DNA of 64,000 nucleotides from Escherichia coli (GTDB lineage: Bacteria; Pseudomonadota; Gammaproteobacteria; Enterobacterales; Enterobacteriaceae), in the NCBI RefSeq assembly GCF_050920415.1, contig NZ_CP169309.1; one strand, written 5' to 3'. Position numbers and translations under genes: made by a program. Shown here piece by piece: positions 21,789-30,637 of the stretch. Each line of letters begins with the position of its first letter. Within the stretch, counting starts at the first letter, position 1. The notes under the pieces are model-generated. The model ran no database searches. It was given only the letters and a program-made list of their open reading frames with translations, and was not told where the DNA came from.

Positions 21789-23990
21789 TTATCGTGAGAA
21801 TCTTCCCGGCCGTTGTGGCGGTACCTTATCCTGCTGGGGAGGATCAAAGGCTTCCTGTACATTTTTCCGTGGTGGCTCCGCCCCTTCAGTTCCAGGTCCG
21901 CCATTGTCATAATCTGCCAGCGCTTTCAAAACCGCCGGTCGTAGTGTCGGCACCGGCGTTCCCGGACTACCGCCGCTATTGAGATTGATTTTCGGCCCGA
22001 CGATGTCCACGCCCCCTGAATGGATGACCACAAACGAACCACCCACCTTCAGGGTGATTTTACCGCCACTCTCCAGTACGATTTCATCCCGGACCTTCAT
22101 TCCCAGCGCACCGGTAATCTTCCTCGCCAGGTCGCCCTTCACCTCCAGACTGTGCGTTCCCTCCACCAGACTGATATGGTTCCCCGTCGTCTTATGCTCC
22201 TGCTTCCCTTCCACCGTCACTTTACGGTCGTTTCTGACATACAGGCCGTCATCGTGACTCACGCTCACCGTCCGGTCATTCGTCACCTTCAGCGTCTGGT
22301 CATTACGTACCGTTATGCGCCGGTCGTTCGCCACCGTGATACTCTGGTCGTGGCCCCCTTCTTTTCTGGTGCCGACCTCAACCGTCTGCCCCTTCACCAC
22401 CCTTATCTTCTGGTCGTTACCGATGGTCTCCGTATGGTCATGCTTCACGTCCGTCGTCCGGTCGTTAAGCACCTCCGTGTCCATGTTCTTCTGCGCGTGG
22501 ATATACACCTGCTCACTGTCCGTCGCATCCTCGAAACGCAGTTCATTAAAGCCGCTTCCTTTATAGGTCTTCGAGCGGATGGTCATCTGCGTCCGCGTGC
22601 CCGGTAAATCCCCCGGTGAACGGTTATCTTCATGGTAGGTCCGCCCCGTCACAATGGGCTGGTCCGGGTCGCCGTTCAGAAAGTCCACTATCACTTCCTG
22701 ACCCACACGCGGTATCGCCAGATTGCCGAACCCCGGTCCCGCCCATGCCTGCGACACCCGTATCCAGCATGAACTCTCCTCCGTCATCCCGTGATAACGG
22801 TCCCAGTGAAACTTCACCCGTACCCGGCCATGCTCGTCGCAGAATATCTCCTCGCCCTTCGGCCCGGTCACGATGGCACTCTGCGGGCCGTCCACCTTCG
22901 GCTTCGGCAGGGGCTGTGAGCGCCAGGTCCGGTCTGCCGGGATGACCGTGATATGGTTACTCAGTGTCGTTCCCCTCCCCTGGCTCCCGTGCAGCGCCTG
23001 CGGCTGGCTCCCCGTCAGCGTGCTGCTCACCACCTGCCACTCACGGTTCGGGTTCGCTCCCTGTACCGGATGCCCCGTCAGGGTGAACCGCCGTCCCGGC
23101 CACAGCGCCGGGGAGTTACTGATACCTGTGGCGGTTTCAGCACTGTTACGCAGCCCTTCCAGCCGGTAGCGGGTAAAGTCCTGACCATGCTGCTCGTCCT
23201 TGTAGCGCCCCGGCCAGTCCAGGATTTTGTACTGCTTCAGTTGCTCGTTGAGGTTTTCAGCATCCTCAATGTAAATACCCGGCCAGTCCGGCACCTTAAA
23301 CGTGTGGTCTTTTGAACGCACCTGCGAGGGCCGCACCTGCGCCTGGTAGCGGAACAGGCTGATGCACGCCGTCGTCACCTCACGGGTGTTCGGGTTAAAC
23401 GGTATCTCCCCGTACACCGGCAGGCCCGCCACATCATCGCACAGCGTGAGCGTCTGCTCCGGGCTGTCGTCAGCGTATCTGTCATAAAAGAAGATGCCTT
23501 CCTCCGCCCACAGCCGGGTCAGAAACGCCAGGTCGCTTTCACCGTACTGGACGCAGAACTCCCGTGCCGGGTGGCTCTCATAAAAGCGCGGCGTCCACTG
23601 CGTCACTCCGTCCTCGTTTAACAGCGTGGCGGAGATGGCCTGAATGTCCTGCTGCTGGAAGATTCGGTAGTTCTGCCGCAGCCCGCTGCGCCACAGGGGC
23701 GGGCGTATCTGAAGGTGGTACTGCATCTGCCAGCCGTTGTGCTCCTTCATGCCTAACCCCGACACCACACCGCTCACATAACGCAGCGCCGTGCCACCCT
23801 GCCAGATGGTCAGCACGGCCCCCTTCTCCAGCAGCTTCTCCGCCGTCTGGCGGAACGAGTCGCTGGCAACGTCCACATCCAGGACGAACGGCGATGAGTA
23901 TGCCTGCGTGAGGCGGAAATCCACCACCGCGAACGTCTCCGGCACCAGTCCGTCCACCGTCAGCGTAAAACGCAGCCCTTTTAATGACAT
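21789..23990 (-). CDS. vgrG: Type VI secretion spike protein VgrG (733 aa)
   Basis: MSLKGLRFTLTVDGL... N-terminus, gp27/gp5-like core with beta-helix repeats (VRNDQTLKVTNDRTVSVSHDD...), GGAGG-type RBS. Confidence 0.9.
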   Translation of the reverse strand: MSLKGLRFTLTVDGLVPETFAVVDFRLTQAYSSPFVLDVDVASDSFRQTAEKLLEKGAVLTIWQGGTALRYVSGVVSGLGMKEHNGWQMQYHLQIRPPLWRSGLRQNYRIFQQQDIQAISATLLNEDGVTQWTPRFYESHPAREFCVQYGESDLAFLTRLWAEEGIFFYDRYADDSPEQTLTLCDDVAGLPVYGEIPFNPNTREVTTACISLFRYQAQVRPSQVRSKDHTFKVPDWPGIYIEDAENLNEQLKQYKILDWPGRYKDEQHGQDFTRYRLEGLRNSAETATGISNSPALWPGRRFTLTGHPVQGANPNREWQVVSSTLTGSQPQALHGSQGRGTTLSNHITVIPADRTWRSQPLPKPKVDGPQSAIVTGPKGEEIFCDEHGRVRVKFHWDRYHGMTEESSCWIRVSQAWAGPGFGNLAIPRVGQEVIVDFLNGDPDQPIVTGRTYHEDNRSPGDLPGTRTQMTIRSKTYKGSGFNELRFEDATDSEQVYIHAQKNMDTEVLNDRTTDVKHDHTETIGNDQKIRVVKGQTVEVGTRKEGGHDQSITVANDRRITVRNDQTLKVTNDRTVSVSHDDGLYVRNDRKVTVEGKQEHKTTGNHISLVEGTHSLEVKGDLARKITGALGMKVRDEIVLESGGKITLKVGGSFVVIHSGGVDIVGPKINLNSGGSPGTPVPTLRPAVLKALADYDNGGPGTEGAEPPRKNVQEAFDPPQQDKVPPQRPGRFSR

Positions 23991-24145
23991 GATGACCTCC
24001 CTGGTATTGCTACAGGAAAAAGTAATTAACCGATATTGACCGTACCTTCTGATATTCTCTCACTGATTCATTATCTGTATTTCCCATGAACATTCTCATT
24101 TCAACAGGAAAACCAACGAATTGTAGCCATGACAATAAGTTAACA

Positions 24146-25060
24146 TTAATAATTCCTCAACGAATAAGGAGGAGATGCCCTGTCCCCATCAATAGTAACC
24201 ACGACCTGATTTGATCTTATTTTGAATATATTATCATTACCGCCATGATAGCCAAATCGTGCTAAAAAATCCTGAAATAGACCAGGTCCTCTATAAGGTC
24301 CACAGATTCTCCAAACCCGCCACTCCTCTATGCCATACGTTATTTTATCTATAGGATTAGTACACTCTCTTTCTGCCCGCCAGTTCATAATAGAAAGAAA
24401 ATACTCATATATATATTGTTCTGCAAACCACTCTTGATTAACTATTGTAAATTCTACCGTCCCTATATTATAACGATGAATGCCCGGTAAAAAGGCATAA
24501 TAATCGTTCAATGTGACATCAAAGGATAGCTCTTTCCCTGGTAATATCTCGCGCCAAACAGATTTACTTTTCCATTCACCAAAGCTACATTTTGTTTTTT
24601 TTAAAAAATCCAACTGAATGTTATCCATTATCGGTATAAACACACCACTACACAAGGAAGAGTAAGGCCCGCCGTTAACGTCAAGAGGAAGAGTTAGTCG
24701 ATGAACAAAATAAGATCCCTGGCTTTTATTCGATAAAACCACTGCAGCTGCTACAATATTTTCTTTCTGATGCACGGAAAGATGAAGATATATTTTATTT
24801 TTATCCTGATTATACTGACTCTCATTTTTACTGATAGTATAATATTGAAAAACAGCATAGGCTGAAAGATCATCATAATAATCATAATAATTAAGCCTTG
24901 TCGGTTCTACACGAGGATAGACACCAAGTTTTTCCATTACTCCATTCCAATGTAACTTCCCATATCTGTAATGAACCGCATAATCGCCAGAGATATCATA
25001 AGCAAATATTGGATGCACCCAAGAAAAAAAAGCAATAAAAACAATCCATCTAGCAAGCAT
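24146..25060 (-). CDS. Secreted protein with Sec signal peptide, putative immunity protein for the HExxH effector
   Basis: Start placed at the ATG at 25058-25060 (strong GGGGGAG RBS), giving MLARWIVFIAFFSWVHPIFA as signal peptide; 25 bp after the effector stop. Confidence 0.5.
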   Translation of the reverse strand: MLARWIVFIAFFSWVHPIFAYDISGDYAVHYRYGKLHWNGVMEKLGVYPRVEPTRLNYYDYYDDLSAYAVFQYYTISKNESQYNQDKNKIYLHLSVHQKENIVAAAVVLSNKSQGSYFVHRLTLPLDVNGGPYSSLCSGVFIPIMDNIQLDFLKKTKCSFGEWKSKSVWREILPGKELSFDVTLNDYYAFLPGIHRYNIGTVEFTIVNQEWFAEQYIYEYFLSIMNWRAERECTNPIDKITYGIEEWRVWRICGPYRGPGLFQDFLARFGYHGGNDNIFKIRSNQVVVTIDGDRASPPYSLRNY

Positions 25061-25084
25061 ATACTCCCCCGTCAAATAAAAGCA

Positions 25085-25930
25085 TCAATATGGTACAGGA
25101 ATCTCGAAATAACGTTCGATATTATATGCATTCTGAAACAGTTCTGATTTTTTATCATTTTTTAATTTAGTGGCATGAGCAATATATTCGTCACCTGTAC
25201 TATACTCTATATCTACCGGCATATCTTCCGTCCACATGCCTCCAAACTTAAGTGAATCCCCGTACCTTATAAAGTGAGATAGTTCATGGCAGAGTGTCGA
25301 TGCCTTAGAGTTTTCCCCAGTGAATGGCCTATCTATAAATCTTTGTCCTATAGTTATACTTACCAAACTTTTAAAGCTTCCAGATTTTACACCCAAAATC
25401 TGATCGTAAGTTACATTGGCAGCATAAGCGTCATTATCTGTACAATTCACAAAGTTACCAATTTTGGGCCTGATTACGTCTTTGTCAACATATTCATTAC
25501 CCCCTTTGTCATTAAGAACAAGATTACAATTGGCATCACGTTTGAGGAAATGGTCATGAACGGTAACGTCTACACAATCACCTTCCACAGATAATTCCCC
25601 ACATATCTCATACAGGCGAGTAACGCCATTTCTCATATAATCCCTTGCCTTTATATTCTCTGTAAACAGAGTATTACGCCCCCCGAAAGGGAACTTTAAT
25701 TTAATATAAGTATTTCCATCAATGCCAAATATATTTATAAATTCCTGATTTTGTTCCGCCCCCCATTTATCACCAAGATCTTCTACTCTTTTTTTCAATA
25801 CAGCCATCTGCGCCTTCAGAGCCTCTCTCATCATTATTTTAAAATCATTAGTAATTTTCCCCTCCTTTAAAACTACACACTGTTCACCACTCTGGCTTTT
25901 TCCGCTCGTACTACCCTTTTCATCTCCCAT
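25085..25930 (-). CDS. VgrG-linked putative zinc-metallopeptidase-like effector (281 aa, HExxH)
   Basis: CHELSHF (HExxH) at residues 215-219, with a possible downstream Asp ligand in STGDEY; hydrophilic N-terminus with no signal peptide; AAGGAGGA RBS; 81 bp after the vgrG stop. Confidence 0.5.
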   Translation of the reverse strand: MGDEKGSTSGKSQSGEQCVVLKEGKITNDFKIMMREALKAQMAVLKKRVEDLGDKWGAEQNQEFINIFGIDGNTYIKLKFPFGGRNTLFTENIKARDYMRNGVTRLYEICGELSVEGDCVDVTVHDHFLKRDANCNLVLNDKGGNEYVDKDVIRPKIGNFVNCTDNDAYAANVTYDQILGVKSGSFKSLVSITIGQRFIDRPFTGENSKASTLCHELSHFIRYGDSLKFGGMWTEDMPVDIEYSTGDEYIAHATKLKNDKKSELFQNAYNIERYFEIPVPY

Positions 25931-26011
25931 ATAAATCCTCCTTGGTATATATTTTCACTACAAACCCTGTTCCATTTATGCAAAAACACGCCAATTACAG
26001 GCGGTCACTCT

Positions 26012-28324
26012 CTATTCATTAATCCCTCCCCATATCATATCGATATTCAAATGCAACAATCTGACGTCTATTGTCTGCTCGCTGTCAGTGGTGAATATTT
26101 CCGTATACCCATCCTTATCCGTTTCTCCGCGGGTCTGCGTGCCGTCCTCAAAGAAGGCAATGTAGCGTGTCTCTGAATACGGTATCCCGTCATCGTCTGT
26201 AAAATGGAACTGGAGAGTATATTTTTCAGGGTTCTCATCATCATTCTCATCCTCCAGCGCCTCCAGTACAACCGGTTGCAGCGTCGATACTGGCGTCCCC
26301 GGACCTCCCCCACCATTCAGGTTTATCTTCGGCCCCACTATATCCACGCCGCCAGAGTGTATCACCACGAACGAACCGCCCGCTTTCAGGCTTATCTGGC
26401 TGCTGCTCTCCAGCACGATATCCCCGTCCACCTTTATCCCCAGCGCGCCACTCACCTTCTCCGCCAGGTCACCCTTCACCTCCAGGCTGTGTTTCCCCTC
26501 CACCAGGCTGATATGGTTTCCCGTCGTCTTATGCTCCTGCTTCCCTTCCACCGTCACTTTACGGTCGTTTCTGACATACAGGCCGTCATCGTGACTCACG
26601 CTCACCGTCCGGTCATTCGTCACCTTCAGCGTCTGGTCATTACGTACCGTTATGCGCCGGTCGTTCGCCACCGTGATACTCTGGTCGTGACCCCCTTCTT
26701 TTCTGGTGCCGACCTCAACCGTCTGCCCCTTCACCACCCTTATCTTCTGGTCGTTACCGATGGTCTCCGTATGGTCATGCTTCACGTCCGTCGTCCGGTC
26801 GTTAAGCACCTCCGTGTCCATGTTCTTCTGCGCGTGGATATACACCTGCTCACTGTCCGTCGCATCCTCGAAACGCAGTTCATTAAAGCCGCTTCCTTTA
26901 TAGGTCTTCGAGCGGATGGTCATCTGCGTCCGCGTGCCCGGTAAATCCCCCGGTGAACGGTTATCTTCATGGTAGGTCCGCCCCGTCACAATGGGCTGGT
27001 CCGGGTCGCCGTTCAGAAAGTCCACTATCACTTCCTGACCCACACGCGGTATCGCCAGATTGCCGAACCCCGGTCCCGCCCATGCCTGCGACACCCGTAT
27101 CCAGCATGAACTCTCCTCCGTCATCCCGTGATAACGGTCCCAGTGAAACTTCACCCGTACCCGGCCATGCTCGTCGCAGAATATCTCCTCACCCTTCGGC
27201 CCGGTCACGATGGCACTCTGCGGGCCGTCCACCTTCGGCTTCGGCAGCGGCGCGTGACGCCACGTCCTGTCTGCCGGTATCACCTCAAACTGATTGCTCA
27301 GTGTCGTCCCTTCACCGTGACTCCCGTGCAGCGCCTGCGGCTGTTCTCCCCGCAGTGTGCTTCCCACAACCTGCCATTCCCGGTTCAGCGTCGCTGACGG
27401 ATGGCCCGTCAGCCGGAACCGCGTTCCCGGCCACAGCCGCGCCGTGTTACACACCCCGCTCGCCGTCTCCGCCCCGTTCCGCCACCCTTCCGTCTGGTAA
27501 CGCGCAAAATCCTGGCCATGCTGCTCATCCTTGAAACGCCCCGGATAATCAAATATCTCGTACTGCGTTCCCTGTCCGTTCAGGCTCTCCCCGTCATGGC
27601 TGTAGTACCCCGGCCACCCCGGCGTTTTGAACGTATAATCCTGCGTCTCCACCGACGCCACGCTTATCTGCGCACGGTAACGGAAGTCGCGGATGTACTC
27701 TGTCGTGCCTCCGGTCGTGGTATTCGGGTTAAACGCCAGCGCCCCCATTCCCGTCAGCCCCGCCACGTCATCACACACCGCCAGCTTCTGTTCCGGCCCG
27801 TCCTGACTGCAGCGTTCATAAAAGAAGATACCTTCCTCCGCCCACAGCCGGGTCAGGAATGTCAGGTCGCTCTCCCCGTACTGCACGCAGAACTCCCGCG
27901 CCGGGTGCGCCTCATAGAACAGCGGCATCCACGCCGTCACCCCGTTCTCTTCAAGAAGCTGCGCTGATATCGTCTGAATGTCCTGCTGCTGGAAGATACG
28001 GAAGTTCTGCCGTAACCCTGCCCGCCACAGCGGCGGGCTGATGCTCAGGGAATAACGCATCTGCCAGTCGTTGTTCTCACCGAGCTGCACCTCTGTCACG
28101 ATACCGCTGACGTAACGCTGTGCAGTGTCGCCCTGCCAGACCGTCAGCACCGCGCTTTTCTCCAGAAAATCTTCTGCCGTCAGGTCAGACAGTCCGCTGG
28201 CGATATCCACATCCAGGATGAACGGTGTGCAGTGGTGCTGGTACAGACGGAAGCTCACCACCGCCGTCGCCATCTCCACAATACCGTCCACCGACAGCGT
28301 GAAACGTAATCCTTCTGCTGCCAT
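26012..28324 (-). CDS. vgrG: Type VI secretion spike protein VgrG with a divergent acidic C-terminal extension (about 770 aa)
   Basis: Start set at MAAEGLRFTLSVDG (ATG at 28322-28324); core nearly identical to the vgrG at 21789-23990; C-terminal 100 aa (...EDENDDENPEKYTLQFHFTDDDGIPYSE...) is unique. Confidence 0.9.
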   Translation of the reverse strand: MAAEGLRFTLSVDGIVEMATAVVSFRLYQHHCTPFILDVDIASGLSDLTAEDFLEKSAVLTVWQGDTAQRYVSGIVTEVQLGENNDWQMRYSLSISPPLWRAGLRQNFRIFQQQDIQTISAQLLEENGVTAWMPLFYEAHPAREFCVQYGESDLTFLTRLWAEEGIFFYERCSQDGPEQKLAVCDDVAGLTGMGALAFNPNTTTGGTTEYIRDFRYRAQISVASVETQDYTFKTPGWPGYYSHDGESLNGQGTQYEIFDYPGRFKDEQHGQDFARYQTEGWRNGAETASGVCNTARLWPGTRFRLTGHPSATLNREWQVVGSTLRGEQPQALHGSHGEGTTLSNQFEVIPADRTWRHAPLPKPKVDGPQSAIVTGPKGEEIFCDEHGRVRVKFHWDRYHGMTEESSCWIRVSQAWAGPGFGNLAIPRVGQEVIVDFLNGDPDQPIVTGRTYHEDNRSPGDLPGTRTQMTIRSKTYKGSGFNELRFEDATDSEQVYIHAQKNMDTEVLNDRTTDVKHDHTETIGNDQKIRVVKGQTVEVGTRKEGGHDQSITVANDRRITVRNDQTLKVTNDRTVSVSHDDGLYVRNDRKVTVEGKQEHKTTGNHISLVEGKHSLEVKGDLAEKVSGALGIKVDGDIVLESSSQISLKAGGSFVVIHSGGVDIVGPKINLNGGGGPGTPVSTLQPVVLEALEDENDDENPEKYTLQFHFTDDDGIPYSETRYIAFFEDGTQTRGETDKDGYTEIFTTDSEQTIDVRLLHLNIDMIWGGINE

Positions 28325-28539
28325 ATAAACCCCATAGCTACCGCACTCATAGTGCAAACCATACGGGCTTATAAGAAAGGCTTAAGTGAGATATCTGCCA
28401 GATAGCAACTATTAGGAAAATATTTATATCACCATGATAAATATGTGATTTATTGGGAGATAACAAACCATCAACATTTTCTGCCCTTTTTCCCATCACC
28501 AGGCCATACTGATATTTTTCCTCGCACAAAGGACTCGGC

Positions 28540-29148
28540 ATGAAACTCGTCGGTAGCTACACCAGCCCGTTTGTACGCAAACTTTCTATTCTGTTGTTAG
28601 AAAAGGGCATAACTTTCGAATTTATTAATGAACTGCCCTATAACGCGGACAACGGCGTGGCGCAATTTAACCCGTTAGGGAAAGTGCCGGTGCTGGTGAC
28701 CGAAGAGGGCGAATGTTGGTTTGATTCGCCGATCATCGCTGAATATATTGAATTAATGAATGTCGCTCCGGCGATGTTGCCGCGCGATCCGCTGGAGTCG
28801 TTGCGAGTGCGCAAAATTGAGGCGCTGGCGGATGGCATTATGGATGCCGGGCTGGTATCGGTGCGTGAACAGGCGCGTCCGGCGGCGCAGCAGTCTGAAG
28901 ATGAATTGTTACGCCAGCGGGAGAAAATCAACCGCAGTCTGGATGTGCTGGAAGGATATCTGGTCGATGGCACGCTCAAAACCGATACGGTCAATCTGGC
29001 GACTATCGCCATTGCCTGTGCCGTCGGATATCTCAATTTCCGCCGCGTTGCGCCAGGCTGGTGTGTCGACCGCCCACACTTAGTCAAACTGGTCGAAAAC
29101 CTGTTTAGCCGCGAAAGTTTTGCCCGCACCGAACCGCCAAAGGCTTGA
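28540..29148 (+). CDS. yibF: Glutathione S-transferase-like protein YibF (202 aa)
   Basis: [28 protein letters not shown]... thioredoxin-like GST N-terminal domain; upstream of selA as in K-12. Confidence 0.85.
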
Positions 29149-29245
29149 TGCGCGATATGTCCTCCTGACCCATCTCACGTTACAATCCGTGGTTATGTTA
29201 AACGCCCTTCTCCGTGTGAGAGGGCCTTGATCAACCAGGTTTCCT

Positions 29246-30637
29246 ATGACAACCGAAACGCGTTCCCTCTATAGTCAACTTCCGGCTATTGATCGCTTAT
29301 TGCGCGATAGCTCTTTCCTTTCTTTGCGTGATACCTATGGTCACACCCGCGTGGTGGAGTTGCTGCGTCAGATGCTTGACGAAGCGCGAGAAGTGATTCG
29401 TGACAGCCAGACGCTACCCGCGTGGTGTGAAAACTGGGCGCAAGAAGTTGATGCCCGGTTGACGAAAGAGGCGCAAAGCGCGCTGCGTCCGGTGATCAAC
29501 CTGACGGGAACCGTGCTGCATACCAACCTTGGGCGAGCTTTACAGGCGGAAGCCGCGGTGGAGGCTGTTGCGCAGGCTATGCGTTCGCCAGTAACCCTCG
29601 AATACGATCTGGACGACGCCGGACGCGGACATCGCGATCGGGCGCTGGCGCAGCTGCTGTGCCGTATTACGGGGGCGGAAGATGCCTGTATCGTTAATAA
29701 CAATGCGGCGGCGGTCTTGTTGATGTTGGCGGCCATTGCCAGCGGGAAAGAGGTTGTGGTTTCTCGCGGTGAACTGGTGGAGATTGGCGGTGCGTTTCGT
29801 ATTCCCGATGTTATGCGCCAGGCAGGCTGCACACTACACGAAGTGGGGACCACCAACCGCACGCACACTAATGATTATCGTCAGGCGGTGAATGAAAATA
29901 CCGCTCTGTTGATGAAAGTACATACCAGTAACTACAGCATTCAGGGGTTCACCAAAGCGATAGATGAAGCTGAACTGGTGGCGCTCGGCAAAGAGCTGGA
30001 TGTTCCCGTAGTGACTGACTTAGGCAGCGGCTCGCTGGTCGATCTTAGCCAGTACGGTTTGCCGAAAGAGCCAATGCCGCAGGAGTTGATTGCGGCGGGC
30101 GTCAGTCTGGTGAGCTTCTCCGGCGACAAGCTGTTAGGCGGGCCGCAGGCAGGAATTATTGTTGGTAAAAAAGAGATGATCGCCCGCCTGCAAAGCCATC
30201 CACTGAAGCGTGCATTACGCGCGGATAAAATGACCCTCGCGGCGCTGGAAGCCACGTTGCGTCTTTATTTACACCCTGAGGCGCTGAGTGAAAAATTACC
30301 GACCCTGCGTCTGCTTACCCGCAGCGCAGAGGTCATTCAAATCCAGGCACAACGTTTACAGGCCCCCCTTGCCGCACATTACGGCGCGGAGTTTGCGGTA
30401 CAGGTTATGCCATGTCTTTCGCAGATTGGCAGTGGTTCGCTGCCGGTTGATCGCCTGCCGAGCGCGGCATTAACGTTTACACCCCATGATGGACGCGGTA
30501 GCCACCTTGAGTCATTAGCCGCCCGCTGGCGTGAATTGCCAGTGCCGGTGATTGGTCGTATTTATGACGGACGATTGTGGCTGGATTTACGCTGCCTTGA
30601 AGATGAGCAACGGTTTTTGGAGATGTTGTTGAAATGA
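29246..30637 (+). CDS. selA: L-seryl-tRNA(Sec) selenium transferase (463 aa)
   Basis: 463 aa; overlaps selB start (ATGA); PLP-lysine context [13 protein letters not shown]. Confidence 0.9.
   Translation: MTTETRSLYSQLPAIDRLLRDSSFLSLRDTYGHTRVVELLRQMLDEAREVIRDSQTLPAWCENWAQEVDARLTKEAQSALRPVINLTGTVLHTNLGRALQAEAAVEAVAQAMRSPVTLEYDLDDAGRGHRDRALAQLLCRITGAEDACIVNNNAAAVLLMLAAIASGKEVVVSRGELVEIGGAFRIPDVMRQAGCTLHEVGTTNRTHTNDYRQAVNENTALLMKVHTSNYSIQGFTKAIDEAELVALGKELDVPVVTDLGSGSLVDLSQYGLPKEPMPQELIAAGVSLVSFSGDKLLGGPQAGIIVGKKEMIARLQSHPLKRALRADKMTLAALEATLRLYLHPEALSEKLPTLRLLTRSAEVIQIQAQRLQAPLAAHYGAEFAVQVMPCLSQIGSGSLPVDRLPSAALTFTPHDGRGSHLESLAARWRELPVPVIGRIYDGRLWLDLRCLEDEQRFLEMLLK

Noticed and set aside
22020-23315. 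Plus-strand ORFs inside both vgrG genes (22020-23315, 26204-27967)
   Set aside because: Antisense to VgrG; Pro/Arg/Ser-rich translations with no motif; duplicated only because the vgrG cores are duplicated.
16900-28360. T6SS structural genes (hcp, PAAR, tssA-M) or an Rhs core within the island
   Set aside because: I looked for them and found none; there are no YD-repeat ORFs and no Hcp-sized ORF next to either vgrG. The island is cargo-only.
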